Below, piece after piece: positions 1-11,885 of a stretch of DNA of 64,000 bases. The stretch is from the NCBI RefSeq assembly GCF_009914755.1, contig NC_060936.1; one strand, written 5' to 3'. The position numbers and the translations under genes are program-made. This stretch comes from the human T2T-CHM13v2.0 reference genome, Homo sapiens. Each line of letters begins with the position of its first letter. Position 1 is the stretch's first letter. Below the pieces are notes generated by a model. The model had not been told where the DNA came from, did not search any database, and saw only the letters and a list, made by a program, of their open reading frames with translations.

Positions 1-162
1 GTGACTGTGGCTCTGCTCTGTCCGAGGGAGCAGCCACAGCTCAGCTTCAGTTCATCATGACTGAGTAAGAATTGGGGCCTAGAATCTTCCAATTTTCAAA
101 AAGAGTAGAAATCATTTTCACATAAAATAAGATTTCAAGTGAAAATGATTAAGTATTGGTTC

Positions 163-875
163 TGTCAACCAAGAATAAAATTCTAAGACCCCCAACCAAT
201 TGAATGGAGCCGCTTCTCAACCAAGGGCACCCCAAAGTAACCCAGGAAAACGAGCTCAGGTCCTGATGGGAAGAGGGTTTGGACAAGCCCCTTAGACTCT
301 CCTCCCTTTGGAATTCTGGAACACTAAAACACAGATGTTAAGTCTGACCAAACAGACTCTTTTGTAGAGATAAAATGCATCCAAAATGACAGTTAGCAGG
401 TCCCTAAAGAAGTTAAGTATTTTACCCCAAAATGTATTTCATTGATGTATTTTGAAATGGCTTGCAATGCTGTGTCTTGTGGGGGAACTCAACATTCTGT
501 AGAGACTTCCCTTTCTTTTGGAGGTCTTTTCTGATCCAGACAAGATTAACCAGAAGTCTGGCCCCTTTTTAAGTCTGATAAGAAACATTTACAATCTCCT
601 CCTTCTGAAGCTCCTTCTGAAGCCCGCTACCTGGAGGCTTCATCTGCATCATAAAACCTTGGTCTCCACAACCCTTTATCTTAACCAGATGCTCCTTTCT
701 ATTCATACCAGGTCTTTAGATAATAACTTAACTCTTTCAACCAATTACCAATCAGAAAATCTTTGAATCCGCCCATGGCCTGGAAGTCCCCACTTCCGGT
801 CCTCCCGCCTTTTGGACTGAACCAGTGCACACCTGACATGTGTGCATTGATTCCTTCTCCCTAAAACATACACAT
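163..875 (+). mobile_element. ERV1 solo LTR, MER4 group
   Basis: Begins TGTCAACCAAGAATAAAATTCTAAGACCCCCAACC...CCAAGGGCACCCCAAAGTAACC, resembling the MER4 LTR 5' end. The 3' boundary is approximate. Confidence 0.75.
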
Positions 876-1065
876 CCAGCAGGCTGCACGCCTGCACGCT
901 AAGCATGGAACGCAGGGGCACTGGCCGCGATGACAACACCACGTGGACCCACATGCGCCTTTGCGATCGTCACGCTGGGTGTCCACCATGGAAGCCGTCC
1001 TGGAACTTCTAACATGGCCCCATCTCGTTGCGGCTGTCTGCTGTTTCTGTCCCCATGAGGGAGGG

Positions 1066-1144
1066 CGAACTCCTGAGTTTACGCAATCCACCCACCTGGG
1101 CCTCCCAAGTGTTGGGATTACAGGCATGAACCACCGCACCTGCC
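1066..1144 (-). mobile_element. Alu 5' fragment
   Basis: gaactcctgag...cctcccaagtgttgggattacaggcatgaaccaccgcacctgcc. Confidence 0.8.
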
Positions 1145-1149
1145 TTAAT

Positions 1150-2080
1150 ATTTCATTTATTCTTTAAAATCAACTTTGAGGGGTGAAATTTATATAAAAT
1201 GAAATGCATCCATGTGATCTTTGCATTTTGGCCCATTTTGACTGATGGAGACCCCTGGGTGACCCCATCCTTTTCCAGCAGAGAACACTGCTGCCCTGGA
1301 ACTGTCCCAGGCAGGCCCCTTCCCTGTGAGCCCCGACCCTCAGCCTCCACCCAGGATGAATTTTGCCTTCCGTGGAATTCTGTGTGCAGGAATCACGCAG
1401 ACACTCTCTTCCATGTGTGGCTCCGAGGCTCAGCATGAGCCTCTACATCTCACCACGTTGTTAGGTGTGGAAGGGTCCACTCCTCCCTGTTTCTAAGTAT
1501 TCCGTGATGTGGGTGGAGTCTGCCCTGCTCATCCATTCACCTGCTGACGCATATGAGGCTACTGTGAGTAACGCCGCTGTGAACGTTTGTGTGGAAGCCT
1601 TTGCATGTACGCATGTCTCATTTATTTTGAGAAAAACACCTGGGAGTGGAATAGGGGGGACACTGGAGGGGGGACACGGGGGACACTGGAGGGGACAGTG
1701 GAGGGGGACAGTGGAGGGGGAACACTGGAGGGGGAACACTGGGGGGACGCTGGAGGGGGACACTGGAGGGGGGACGCTGGAGGGGGGACACTGGAAGGGG
1801 GGACACTGGAGTGGGTTTCGGGCCTTCAGAAGGAGCTGCGGGTTTTCCAAAGTGGCTGCACCGATTCACAGTCCTGCCAGCCATGTCCGAGAGTTGCATC
1901 TGTGCCATGTCCTTGTCAACATTTGGTATTGTCAGCCTGCACCTTTCAGCCACCCCAGTGGGCACAGAGCCCCATCTCACTGTGGGTTGAATTTGCATCT
2001 CCCTGGACTGTGGGGAGCACATTTCATGAGCTTGCTGGCGCAGGCCAGTCTTCTCCTGGGTAGTGTCTGTTCATGTCACG
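1150..2080 (-). mobile_element. Old L1 (L1M) 3' region fragment, interrupted by a VNTR
   Basis: cctgggagtggaat...ttttccaaagtggctgcacc...ccttgtcaacatttggtattgtc...aatttgcatctccct resembles antisense L1M consensus. Confidence 0.65.
1654..1810. repeat. G-rich minisatellite, ~14-15 bp unit GGGGGGACACTGGA, ~11 copies
   Basis: Direct tandem repeats visible in the sequence. Confidence 0.9.
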
Positions 2081-2532
2081 CCCTGTCCTTTAGCTGAGAG
2101 CTGGAACGGGGGGTTTCAGCAGCTGTCCAGGTGGTGGCTATGAGGAGCAGGGGGGCAGCCATGCCTTGAAGACTTGATGGGGCCAGTGAGCCTGCTCCTG
2201 CCACAGCTCAGGGCATCCAGAGCCTGCCAAAAACTGTGGGAGGTGCCTCCCATTGGGTTCTCTGAATTTCACTGATTTTTAAAATGTCAAACACAAGGCG
2301 ATCCTTTTCCTGCTAATTGGGGATTATCAAGTGCATTTTGAATGAAGAAAAATAACCTTCAAGCCGTTAGTACTGGCTCCTGTGAACCCTGAGGGCTGCG
2401 TCTGCATCTCTGTGATACAGACAAGCTCTGTGTGCCAAGTTTTTATGGCAAAGCCCAGGGGCCCCAGCACCCGGCCCGACACTCACCGTGGTCTCTGCTC
2501 AGCCCCTGCACCAGGTTGTGCTTGCTGGGGGA

Positions 2533-2720
2533 CGTCCCCAGCCCTCGTCCCCACGCCCTCGTCCCCAGCCCTCGTCCCCACGCCCTCGTCCCCGGCCCTC
2601 GTCCCCACGCCCTCGTCCCCGGCCCTCGTCCTCATGCCCTCATCCCCACGCCCTCGTCCCCACGCCCTCGTCCCCAGCCCTCGTCCCCGGCCCTCATCCC
2701 TGGCCCTCGTCCCCACGCCC
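2533..2720. repeat. Minisatellite of 13/14 bp subunits (CCCTCGTCCCCAG / CCCTCGTCCCCACG), ~14 copies, ~65 bp into the intron after exon 5
   Basis: Direct tandem repeats. Confidence 0.9.
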
Positions 2721-2783
2721 GCCTCGCTCTGCTCCGCTCCTTGCCGGGCAGGGCCGCCCTCGACCCCTGAGGGCGCAGCTCAC

Positions 2784-2981
2784 CTGATGGGTGCTGACTC
2801 GTCGCCGCGGTCCAGCCAGTCCTGCGGGGGGATGATGTACATGCACCAGAGGCCCCAGTTGTAGCCATGGGCGGCGTTCGCATACTGCTGCACCTCAAAC
2901 GTGCTGTACTTGATGTTGTCGATGGCTGGCAGCACGATGCGACGCCGGTCCTCTCGGATCCGCGACAGTGCGGGCTCGGCC
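2784..2981 (-). CDS. GALNT9: GALNT9 coding exon (exon 5, 198 bp): AEPALSRIREDRRRIVLPAIDNIKYSTFEVQQYANAAHGYNWGLWCMYIIPPQDWLDRGDESAPIR
   Basis: Acceptor cctccgcag|G and donor ATCAG|gtgagc. TG|G completes the Trp codon from exon 4. Catalytic-domain motifs PAID and GYNWGL are present. Confidence 0.97.
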
Positions 2982-5042
2982 CTGCGGAGGCACAGCTGTG
3001 AGGAGGGGCGGCCCCAGCCCACCGCATTCCCTGAGGAGGGTCCACTCGCCCACAGGGAGGGGAGGCCAGTCCCCACCTGGTCTGCATCTAGCCCTGCCAC
3101 CCCCTGCTGAGCTAGACCCACATCCTCCCTTGGAAGCCCAAGGGCCCCTCTCAGCAGCAGACCCACCCTGACCAAGGCCTCACCCCTGCTGGGGTAGCCC
3201 CTCGAATGCCACTGGCCCCTGGGGGACGCTGACACCGGCCACGTTGGCCCAACTGCAGTATCTCTGAAGGGCTGCCCAGGGGTCCATAAGAGGTCAGCTA
3301 TGTCCACCACGGGGCTCCCCAGCTCGGTCTCCCTCTCTGCCCAGCCCCGAGTCCCTCCTCTCCTTTCCTGCTCCTGTGGGAGCTGCATTCATTTGCAAGA
3401 ATTAATTGAGGATCTACTATGTGCCACGCCCTGTTCCCACAAATTGGAATACAATCATGAACTAAGGAATAAAAACAATCCGTGCCACGGGGAGCTCGCA
3501 CGGTGTGGGATGAAAAGCCACCAGGCACCGTTGTGCAGAGTGGAACCTGCATGAGTGTGCAGCGGCCCCGCTCAAGGACGGGACGGAGGATGAGGTATAA
3601 GCAGTCGTGGATGTTGTAGAGGGGGCTCACAGTTTTAAGTAGGGCTGCCCTGGGTAGTGACTGGAAGGAGGCATAGAGGGAGTCTCAGAGGGTGCGGCAG
3701 CTGCACCGAAGCCCCGGCGTGTGCCTAATGGGCCTGCAGGGCTGGCCAGGAGGCCGGACAGAGCGATGGGGCAATGGGGGGCGAGGAGGGCAGAGAGGAA
3801 GGTGAGTAGAAGCAGCCTCGATGGGCATCAGCTCAGTCTTCGATTCCCCGTCCCAAGCAGGGGTCCTGGGAAGCAGGTGCAGCCCTCGCCCTTGGAGACG
3901 CCATGGTCTACCGCAAGGTGAGATGGCCGCGGAGGCCCGCCGTCCACGCTGGAGACCCACAGGGCCAAAGCCACCCAGCCACTGGCTGACACAGAGCCCA
4001 GAGGCTGCAGTGAGAGGCTGGATGGCCTGAGGGCAGATTCGGGTCGGCTCAGGCAGAGCCGGCATGGGGAGAGGCAAGGCCCTGACCCTGCCTGTGAGAC
4101 CACACGGCTGTCTTCACCCCTTCTTCCCGTCCTTCTGAGCATGAGGCCTGGTATTTACCTGCCTTTCAGCTTTGTGAGGAGGATTAATTAATTACTGTTA
4201 GCGAAGTGCTTCAGAGATGAAAAGCTCCCTGGAAATGCCAGGTCTTCTAATAAGGCAGAATCCTTTGTGGAGACAGTTACGGGAGGGGGTGCTATTTGCA
4301 GATGGATAACTGGGTTTTCAGTTGTGAAAATTAAATTTGGACCGGTTTAAAATTGCATTTTGACGTGACAGACCCAAGGCTCCCCCAGACGCCCTCAGGC
4401 CTCGGGGAGCTTACCCGGCATCAGAGGGACTAAAAGGCTGCCGGTGTAGTTGTGCAGTGCACAACGTGTGCGACTGCATGGGGTGACATTGTGGGGGGCA
4501 GACAGTGGAACACAATTCATGCACAACACGTCAGAAGCTGATAAACATCGAGGGAAAGGAAAGCGCCCTGCGGAGGAGCGAGGAAGGGGAAGGGAGGGCA
4601 CAGGGCAGAGGAGGCAGCGTCTTGTCAGAACAGCGCCGGCTGGGGACTGAGATGCCCCAGGAAAGCCGAGTGTGAGGGGAGAAGCCTGAGAGGTGCCAAG
4701 TCCCCACTTGAACCCACTGATGCTGTTATGGAAACCACGGACTTTAAGAAGCCCCAAAACGCCAGGTTCCCCGGGGACCCAGCAGGAGGCCCAAGGTCAC
4801 ATGCAGTGGGGTGTCCCAGCCAATCATGACAGTCCCAGCCTCCGTGTAACACTGAGATCAAACATCAGCTGGCCCTTCCCACCAAGGCCCCCTGCAGTGA
4901 CAACAGCCCATATTTCCCTGAGTTGAAAAATGAGTCAGGAGAGTTGATATTAAATCTTCAGTTTTGGTTTCTCCAGGAAGTGGGGAAAACGGCCTCCCGG
5001 GTCTTCCTTGTGGTTGGGTGGACAGGGGTGGATCCTGGCCCT

Positions 5043-5198
5043 GGTGCAGGGAACACCCTGAGCATTGTGGGTGCGGGGCCTGCCTGGGTGCGGGGAACAC
5101 ACCCTGAGCATTGTGGGCGCGGGGCCTGCCTGGGTGCGGGGAACACACCCTGAGCATTGTGGGTGCGGGGCCTGGCCCGGGTGCAGGGAACACACCCA
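5043..5198. repeat. 46 bp minisatellite, ~3.3 copies
   Basis: ccctgagcattgtggg recurs at 5056, 5102 and 5148. Confidence 0.9.
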
Positions 5199-6089
5199 GT
5201 GCACTATGGACCCCGTAGGTGCCCTCTGTGGGGCTGGCTTTGGGGTTTGCCTGGGGGCATCCTGGACTGCCCCAACTCTAATGACAAGGGTCCTTGCATA
5301 AGGCAGGGATGGAGAAACAGACACAGGGAGGGCGTGGGGGTCGGAGGTGGGGGCTGCAGCCCTCAGGAGCTGAGAGAGGTGGGAGGGATCCTTAAGGGCC
5401 TGGAGCCTCTGGGGGAAACTCGGCCCTGCCCACAACTTGGAGTCCGGCCCTGCCCACACCTTGGAGTCGGGCTCTGGGCCTCCAGAACGGTGAGGAGGTG
5501 AAGTCTTGCTGCTCCGAGCCGCCCAGAAGGGGTTGCTTTGTGCTGGTGGCCCCAGGACCCCATACACAAGGTGACCCCCTCAGCCCAGAAGCTCACTTCC
5601 CACGCCCCTTGCACTAGGCTAAGGCCTCGGGGGCACTCGTGGCCATCTCCAGTGACTGAGCAGGGCCTGAGAGGCCGGACTTCTGCACCTTAGCCCCACC
5701 CCACCTGATCTGAGGTTCCCACCCCGCGGGGGACACACGGTACCCGAGCCTGCTGGAGTCAGGACGGGGTCACATTCTCCTGGGGCAAGGTGGGCACAGA
5801 CCAAGCCTCATACACATGCCTGGGAGCTTCTAAGCGCCATGTCCTTGGGTGCGTGCTGGGCCTGCCCTCCCGTGGTTTTGCATTCAGGAGCTGGACACAG
5901 AGAGGCCGCAGAGGTAACCGCACAGGTGGACTCAGTGGTGGCTCTCAGTCCCAGATCCTGAAGGCTACGGCGAGTCTCCCAGCCCCGGGGCCAACCCAGC
6001 GGCCAGGCTGCAGCCGCACGGCGGCTTAGGAGGGGGATGGTGGAGGGGGACCCGCTGAGACTGGCTGTCCAGCCTGTTCCGGCCCTTAC

Positions 6090-6264
6090 CAGCCCGTGTT
6101 GAACTCGACGTGGGCATCAAAGAAGCCGACGACTGGGGCGGTGGCCGCCTTCCAGCCCTGCAGCCGCGCGCGGATCAGTCCTTCCCGCCGGCTGTTGCGG
6201 ACAATCTTCACGAGGCCTGGGTACCGCTTGTTGACGTACTGGTCCAGATTGAACTTGAGTTCCA
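6090..6264 (-). CDS. GALNT9: GALNT9 coding exon (exon 4, 175 bp): VELKFNLDQYVNKRYPGLVKIVRNSRREGLIRARLQGWKAATAPVVGFFDAHVEFNTGW
   Basis: Acceptor tctctcctcag|TG and donor GCTG|gtaagg. Contains REGLIRAR and the Mn2+-binding DXH motif (DAH at 6110-6118). Frame is consistent with both neighbours. Confidence 0.97.
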
Positions 6265-7244
6265 CTGAGGAGAGACAAGACTTTAGCACGCTGGCAGGTG
6301 CTGGCAGGCGCGGGGCCACCAAGACCCAAGGCTGGAAATGCTGCGTGCCGCGTGTGGGATGGGTGTATTGTAAACATTCTCTTAGGACCCACTGAACCAC
6401 ATGTGGTTCAGCGTGGAGGTCACAGAGAGATGAGACCCCAGCCTCATGATGCTGACATTCCAGTGGGAGACACAGCAAATAAGGAAACACACCAGACAGA
6501 CAGACAGACAGAGAGACAGACAGCAGCCCATGCTGTGGAGACACAGGACTGCAGTCAGCTGTAAAAAACCAAGTCCATGCATGGATGGGTGGACACACAA
6601 ACGTGGCCTTCCATGCTGGGGGCAGGGTGTCCTGATGGAGCTCCCTGTGGCCAAGGGCAAGACACAGGTAGCCGAGCTGGACTGGATGGTCCTCCCCACA
6701 CACCACCTTCTCCAGCGAGACAGGGCTCAGGAGGGCAGCCACGCCATTCAGTCCTCTGCACACAGACCCCAGTGTAGACGGTGCTGCTGGGCTAGGGCAC
6801 TGCTGCAGGCCAGAGCTTGCCCCACAGCCCCATGGCACAGCCTCCTGCCTCCACGAGGGGTCAGGAAGGGGCTCCCCATGTTTTCCTCCATTTCCAGAGG
6901 GAGTGTCACGGCTGCAGGCTCTCTGCTCTGCGCCTGGGAAGGGCAGATGGGGGACAGGCCTGGGGCAGTGCAAGATCCTTGTTTGGGGTTTCAAGCCTGT
7001 GTGCTACAGGGTGTGAGTAGCACTGCCCTCAGGGGACCTGAAGCTGAGGAGGGTGGCGCTGAGGAACCATGGGGCTTGGGCTCCAGCTGCGAGCTCTGTC
7101 CAGCCAAGCTCTGGTGTGAGCCTCTGTGGGCAAGAGAGGTGGGAGGCGTGACTGGCACTCTGGAGAGCTCAGCTCTACTGGCCTCTGTGGAAGGGGGTGG
7201 CTGACCCCAACTTCATCTCCACCCGGAGCCTGAGAGGAGAGGAA

Positions 7245-7460
7245 GCAGGGACTTTGTAGATGTATCCGGTTGAGTATCTTGAGATGAAATCCTCCTGGAT
7301 TTGGGGTGAGCTCTGTGTCTAGTCTGGGTCCTCATGAGAAGAAGAGAGGATGCAGACACATGGGAGAGGCCGCATAATGGAGGCAGAGAGAGGCACTGGC
7401 AGCCACACACTGGGGACAGCACGTACGCAGCCATGACAGAGGCTGGAAGGCAGGAGGGAC
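7245..7460 (+). mobile_element. MaLR MLT1-type LTR fragment
   Basis: ggactttgtagatgt...tcttgagatgaaatcctcctggatttggggtgag...gaggcagagagagg resembles the MLT1 consensus. Confidence 0.6.
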
Positions 7461-7600
7461 CCCCATAGGTTTAGAGCCCCTGCGGACAGATGGGGTGCAG
7501 TCCTCTGTCGCTCTGCCCCCGGAGGCTCCACCCAACCCCAACTCAACCCAGCCACAGGCAGCCGCCCGGCGAGCACCGTGCCGAGGCCCCGCCCACTCAC

Positions 7601-7767
7601 CGTTGTCACTGTTGTCGTCCACCAGGATGACCTCCTTGAGGAGCTGGGAGGGCGTGTGGTTGACCACGCTGTGCACGGAGCGCAGGATGACCGACAGCGC
7701 CTCATTGACGAAGATGAAGACCACGGAGACCTGGGGCAGGTCCTGGGCGTAGCTCATCTGTCTGCAC
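7601..7767 (-). CDS. GALNT9: GALNT9 coding exon (exon 3, 167 bp): CRQMSYAQDLPQVSVVFIFVNEALSVILRSVHSVVNHTPSQLLKEVILVDDNSDN, start of GT-A catalytic domain
   Basis: Acceptor gtgtttcctgcag|G and donor AACG|gtgagt. Family motifs SVVFIFVNEA and EVILVDDNS are present. AA|G completes the Lys codon from exon 2. Confidence 0.97.
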
Positions 7768-7980
7768 CTGCAGGAAACACGGTTTGGGGTGCGGTCAGGG
7801 CGCAGCATGAGGGACCCCGGAAGCCATAGCTCATCTGTCTGCACCTGCAGGAGACACGGTTTGGGGTGCGGTCAGGGCGCAGCATGAGGGACCCCAGGAG
7901 CCATAGCTCATCTGTCTGCACCTGCAGGAGACACGGTTTGGGGTGTGGTCAGGGCGCAGCATGAGGGACCCCGGGAGCCA
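7750..7980. repeat. 77 bp tandem repeat x3 spanning the exon 3 splice acceptor
   Basis: Units start at 7750, 7827 and 7904 (tagctcatctgtctgcacctgcagga...) and are near identical. Confidence 0.97.
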
Positions 7981-10589
7981 GGTGCACCCTTCGAGGGTCA
8001 CTGGACAAGGCCTGGACCCTACAACCAGACGCCAAGGGTGTACGGGGGCCAGAGCTGTTCCAGAGAGAAACTAGTAACAGTAACACAGCACTCAGCACAC
8101 ACATGGCCCCTGTGCCCACCCCGTGCTCACAGCGACCCCGAGAGGAGATGAACGTCCCCGTTCCACAGACAGGAGCCTCCCCTGTGGGCCATGAGTGCAG
8201 GTGCTTGGATTCCAACCCCAGCCATCAGCTTCAGGAGCACGTTGGGGACGGCGCTGCTGGGCACAGCCGAGGAGCTGGGCACAGCCAAGGAGCCAGCCAC
8301 CCGCACAGGCAGCCACTTCCCGCCCTGGCTCATAGCTGGTTCCAAGCCTCTGGTGAGAATTTCAAAGGGACAAGGGCTGTGCGCCACCATCATATTTATC
8401 TGGGCTGTGGTGCTCAGCCAGGGAGATTTCATCACTCAGAAAAATGCTTTCTGACAAGAAAACGTCACTCCACTCATCTGTAGAGGAAAAAGCTTGGATT
8501 GCACAGTTTTCATGAACTTGCAAAATGTGTAAAACAGAAAGTCCTGAGAAAGGAAGTACGTCCTAGGACGGACTGCAGGAGCGGCTGCAGGTTGGAAAGG
8601 AGAGGTTTTGGAGTTGGGGTGGTGGGCAGAGGCACTCCCAGAGCCCAGGGGGAGGGGGGCAGGGCTGCTCAGAAAGCCTGTGGCAAGTCCTGTCCCATGG
8701 GGTGGCCCCCCTCACCGTCCTCAAGCGCACACCCTGTACCTGTTTGTTCCTGCAGGTCTGTCTCCCCCCGTGACCGGAACGTGAGCGCCCTGACAGCAAG
8801 CTCCTTTTCTGTCCCATTGACAGCTCTATACCAAGAACCCAGGCTGTGCCCGGCACACAGCAGGTACTTTATAAACATCTGTGTAATGAGGGGACAAATG
8901 AAGACTCAAGGGGCCCCACAGGCACCGGCTGGGCCCGTGAAGTACTCACGCCTGCCCCCTACGCCTCCTCGGAGCAGTGGAGGAAGCTGCTGGCCTCTGG
9001 GGGACAGTGGTGGACTCCACCCTTCTTTCTCCCTCCATCACTAGGTCAGGAGGCGTCTCGGGCCTGGCTGCGGGGCCACATGCACCTGTGCTGAAGAACT
9101 TGCAAGCAGCAAGGACAAGTGATTTATGGCGTGACCGTTCCCGGGGGCCTCCAGCCTCTTCAGACTTTACGAGGGCAGGTGGGGGCAGAGAATCCCTGTC
9201 ACCTACAGCACTCATTCTCAATGACCTCTCATTTGATTTAGAATCCATGTTCGGTACCCACTTCTTGCCCCAGAATATCGACGGCCTTTTATTGATGGAT
9301 CTCAGCGGCCACTCGCTTTATAAACAAGCCGCCTGCATGGAACAGAAGGCCTCCCTGCAAGCTCATGGCACAGGTTTGAGAGATGGACGCAGAGGCCCCC
9401 GGGACGCTGGCCACGCGGAGAAGCGTGTGAGGAGCCCAGGAGCGATCAGGGCAACAGAACCTTCCAGATGCATCCTCTGCTCTCCGCTCAGCAGCAACAT
9501 GAAGAAGCCGAGCCGGGATGGCCTAAGCAGGAAGGGGGCTGGTGGCTCATCCGTAGGAAAAGTCCAGGTGTGTTTGGTTTCGGGCCCGGCTTGGTCGGGG
9601 GTCAAAACTTGTCAGTGGGACACAGGCTTCTGCCTGCCTCTCTTGGCTCCAGCCTTCTGGCTTGAGTTTAATCTCAGGAAGGCCTGTCCGCATGGCCGGA
9701 GGCCGTGTCCGCGTGGCCGGAGGCTGTGTCCCCGCAGGTCCAAACCTTCCAGGGGTTTGAGTCCAGGGCAGCAAACCCACCTGTCTTCCCAGGACACGCA
9801 GGAAAAGCATCCCTGTGTCTGCTGGGCTCTGATTGGGTGACGTGCTCTTCCCTGAACCAATCGCTGTGGCCAGAGGAAATAGGGCACTCAGATTGGCTTA
9901 TGCTCCACCGCGTCATGCTGGACTCAGGGCCTGGCAGGTACGGCTCCTAGAAGTGGGGCCCGTGGATGCTGGACCAGCCGTCAGCAGATGTTCCTGACAG
10001 GGAGCAGCGCCAGGGTCCGATCCAGGTTCGAGCCCAGGCGCCCACAGGCGAGACCGACAGCCATTGGGAGCCTCAGTCTCCGGCACAATGAGGATCCCAA
10101 CCGCGTCCGCCTCGCAGGTCGTACGAGGGAGATCCTGCCAGGTCGTTTCCACACGCGCGGAGTTGAAGCGTTTTTATTTAACTCCCTGTCGCCCACCTGC
10201 TGGCAAATGGAAGACAATGAAGACCAGGATGACTCTTCCAAATCTCGCTTTTCTGCAAGGCTCAACCCAGCCCCAAGAAAAAGATAAAGGAGCGCAAAGA
10301 TTTTCCAACAAGTCCCAAATGCCCATCAATGAGGAAGGCAAGTCGCTCACCCCGAAGTTCAGCCCCCAGCCTTGTCCTCCTGCGCTCCTGCTGGGGATGA
10401 GGGAGAGGCCACGGGGAGAAAATGACGGCTGGACCGGTCCTCCCCGTGGAAGCCTTTCCTTCCGTGGTGGGCTGAACGGTGTCCTCCTCCCGCGACCCAA
10501 GACACAGTGTCAGCAGGACATGGGCCTCTGTCTCCGATCTCGGAAACACATCTTCTGGCCCGGGTTTAATCTCAGAAGGGCCTGTCCTC

Positions 10590-11885
10590 ATGTGACTTAT
10601 TGCAACTAGGATCTTTGCAGATGTAATTGAGTTAGGGATCCTGAGATGAGCTTGAGGCAGGATCGGTAGGATGAGGAGGCCACACTGACGTCCTTGTTCC
10701 CTGTGTGAAGCCCCCGGGCCCCTTTTGCAGCAGGCTTCGCAAGGTAAGCAGCCCCACAGGACACCAGCCGACAGCCGGATGCTTACAAGTTCCTGATGCC
10801 CGGTACAGGCCCGGGAAAGACAATGAAGATACCTTATTCCTGATGTAGCTTCCCCAATCTCCAGCCAGTCAGCACCCAAAGCCCACCAAGCTCTTAGCCA
10901 CACATTCCTGCCTCGGAGGGGCCAGGGGCTTCTCCAGGACACTGTACACACAGTTACACTCCAAGTTCAGCTCATTTTAATAGTAAGAGACACACCCCCA
11001 GGTGAGGATTCTATATGTAATGATACATGCAGTGTGTGTTGGAGCATGTAGGTACTGAGCATGTGTGCCAACCACAGGCCTGTCTGCCTTTACACGCCCG
11101 ACCTCGCCGTATTTCATGAACAGGCACGCACAGCCAACCGCGGGCCTGTCTGCCTTTACACGCCCGACCTCGCCGTATTTCATCAACAGGCACGCACAGC
11201 CAACCGCGGGCCTGTCTGCCTTTACACGCCCGATCTCGCCGTATTTCATGAACAGGCACGCACAGCCAACCGCGGGCCTGTCTGCCTTTACACGCCTGAC
11301 CTCGCCGTATTTCATGAACAGGCATGCACAGCCAACCGCGGGCCTGTCTGCCTTTACACGCCTGACCTCACCATATTTCATGAATGTGCATGCACAGCTC
11401 CCGAGAAAGGACTCCCCTCGAGCTAAGGGGCTGCTTCTCCCTCCGAGCAGCGCCTTTGCTTTGTGACAAACTTCTTTGCCTACTTGAGCTTTGGACTTGC
11501 TCTCAAATTCTTTTGTGCTGCAAAGTCAAGAACCTGACCCAGCCACCCACTGATAAAGAGATCATCCTGGATTTAGGGCAGGTCCTAAATCCAACGACGG
11601 TGTCCTTAAAGAGAGGGCAGAGGAAATGCAACACGGAGGCCCAGGCAGGAGGCCATGTGGAGGTGGAGGCCGAGACTCGAATGGCACGGCCACGAGCCCA
11701 GGGAAGCCTGGAGCCCCAGAAGCTGGGAGAGGCAGGAGGGATCCTCCCTGAAGCCTCTGGAGGGGCACAGCTCTGGCCACTCTGTGATCTTGGGGTCTGC
11801 CCTCCAGAACGGGGGACAGTGCATTCACATTGTTGGAAGCCACCTGCTTGTGGCTCCTTGTTACAGTGTCCACAGGAGATGTTTT
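10590..11885 (+). mobile_element. MLT1 LTR (10590-10651 and 11556-11885) split by an inserted ERV1-class LTR (~10653-11555)
   Basis: MLT1 text atgtgacttattg...ggatctttgcagatgtaatt...gagatgag resumes as gagatcatcctggatttaggg...cctaaatccaa. The insert begins TGAGGCAGGA and ends ...tcaaattcttttgtgctgcaaagtcaagaacctg. Confidence 0.65.
11067..11397. repeat. 66 bp CpG-rich minisatellite x5 inside the ERV1 LTR
   Basis: gccaaccgcgggcctgtctgcctttacacgcccgacctcgccgtatttcatgaacaggcacgcaca, period 66. Confidence 0.95.

Noticed and set aside
6086-6994. Full-length ORFs overlapping GALNT9 exons (6086-6994, 2780-3388, 7332-7844, 31387-31689)
   Set aside because: Only the splice-bounded parts are coding; the rest is intronic read-through.
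9610-10590. ~80 bp similarity between 9610-9690 and 10508-10590
   Set aside because: Most simply two fragments of the same old MLT1-type repeat family.
10977-11466. ORFs with 22-aa repeats (MKYGEVRRVKADRPAVGCACLF)
   Set aside because: A 66 bp VNTR inside an LTR, open in several frames on both strands.
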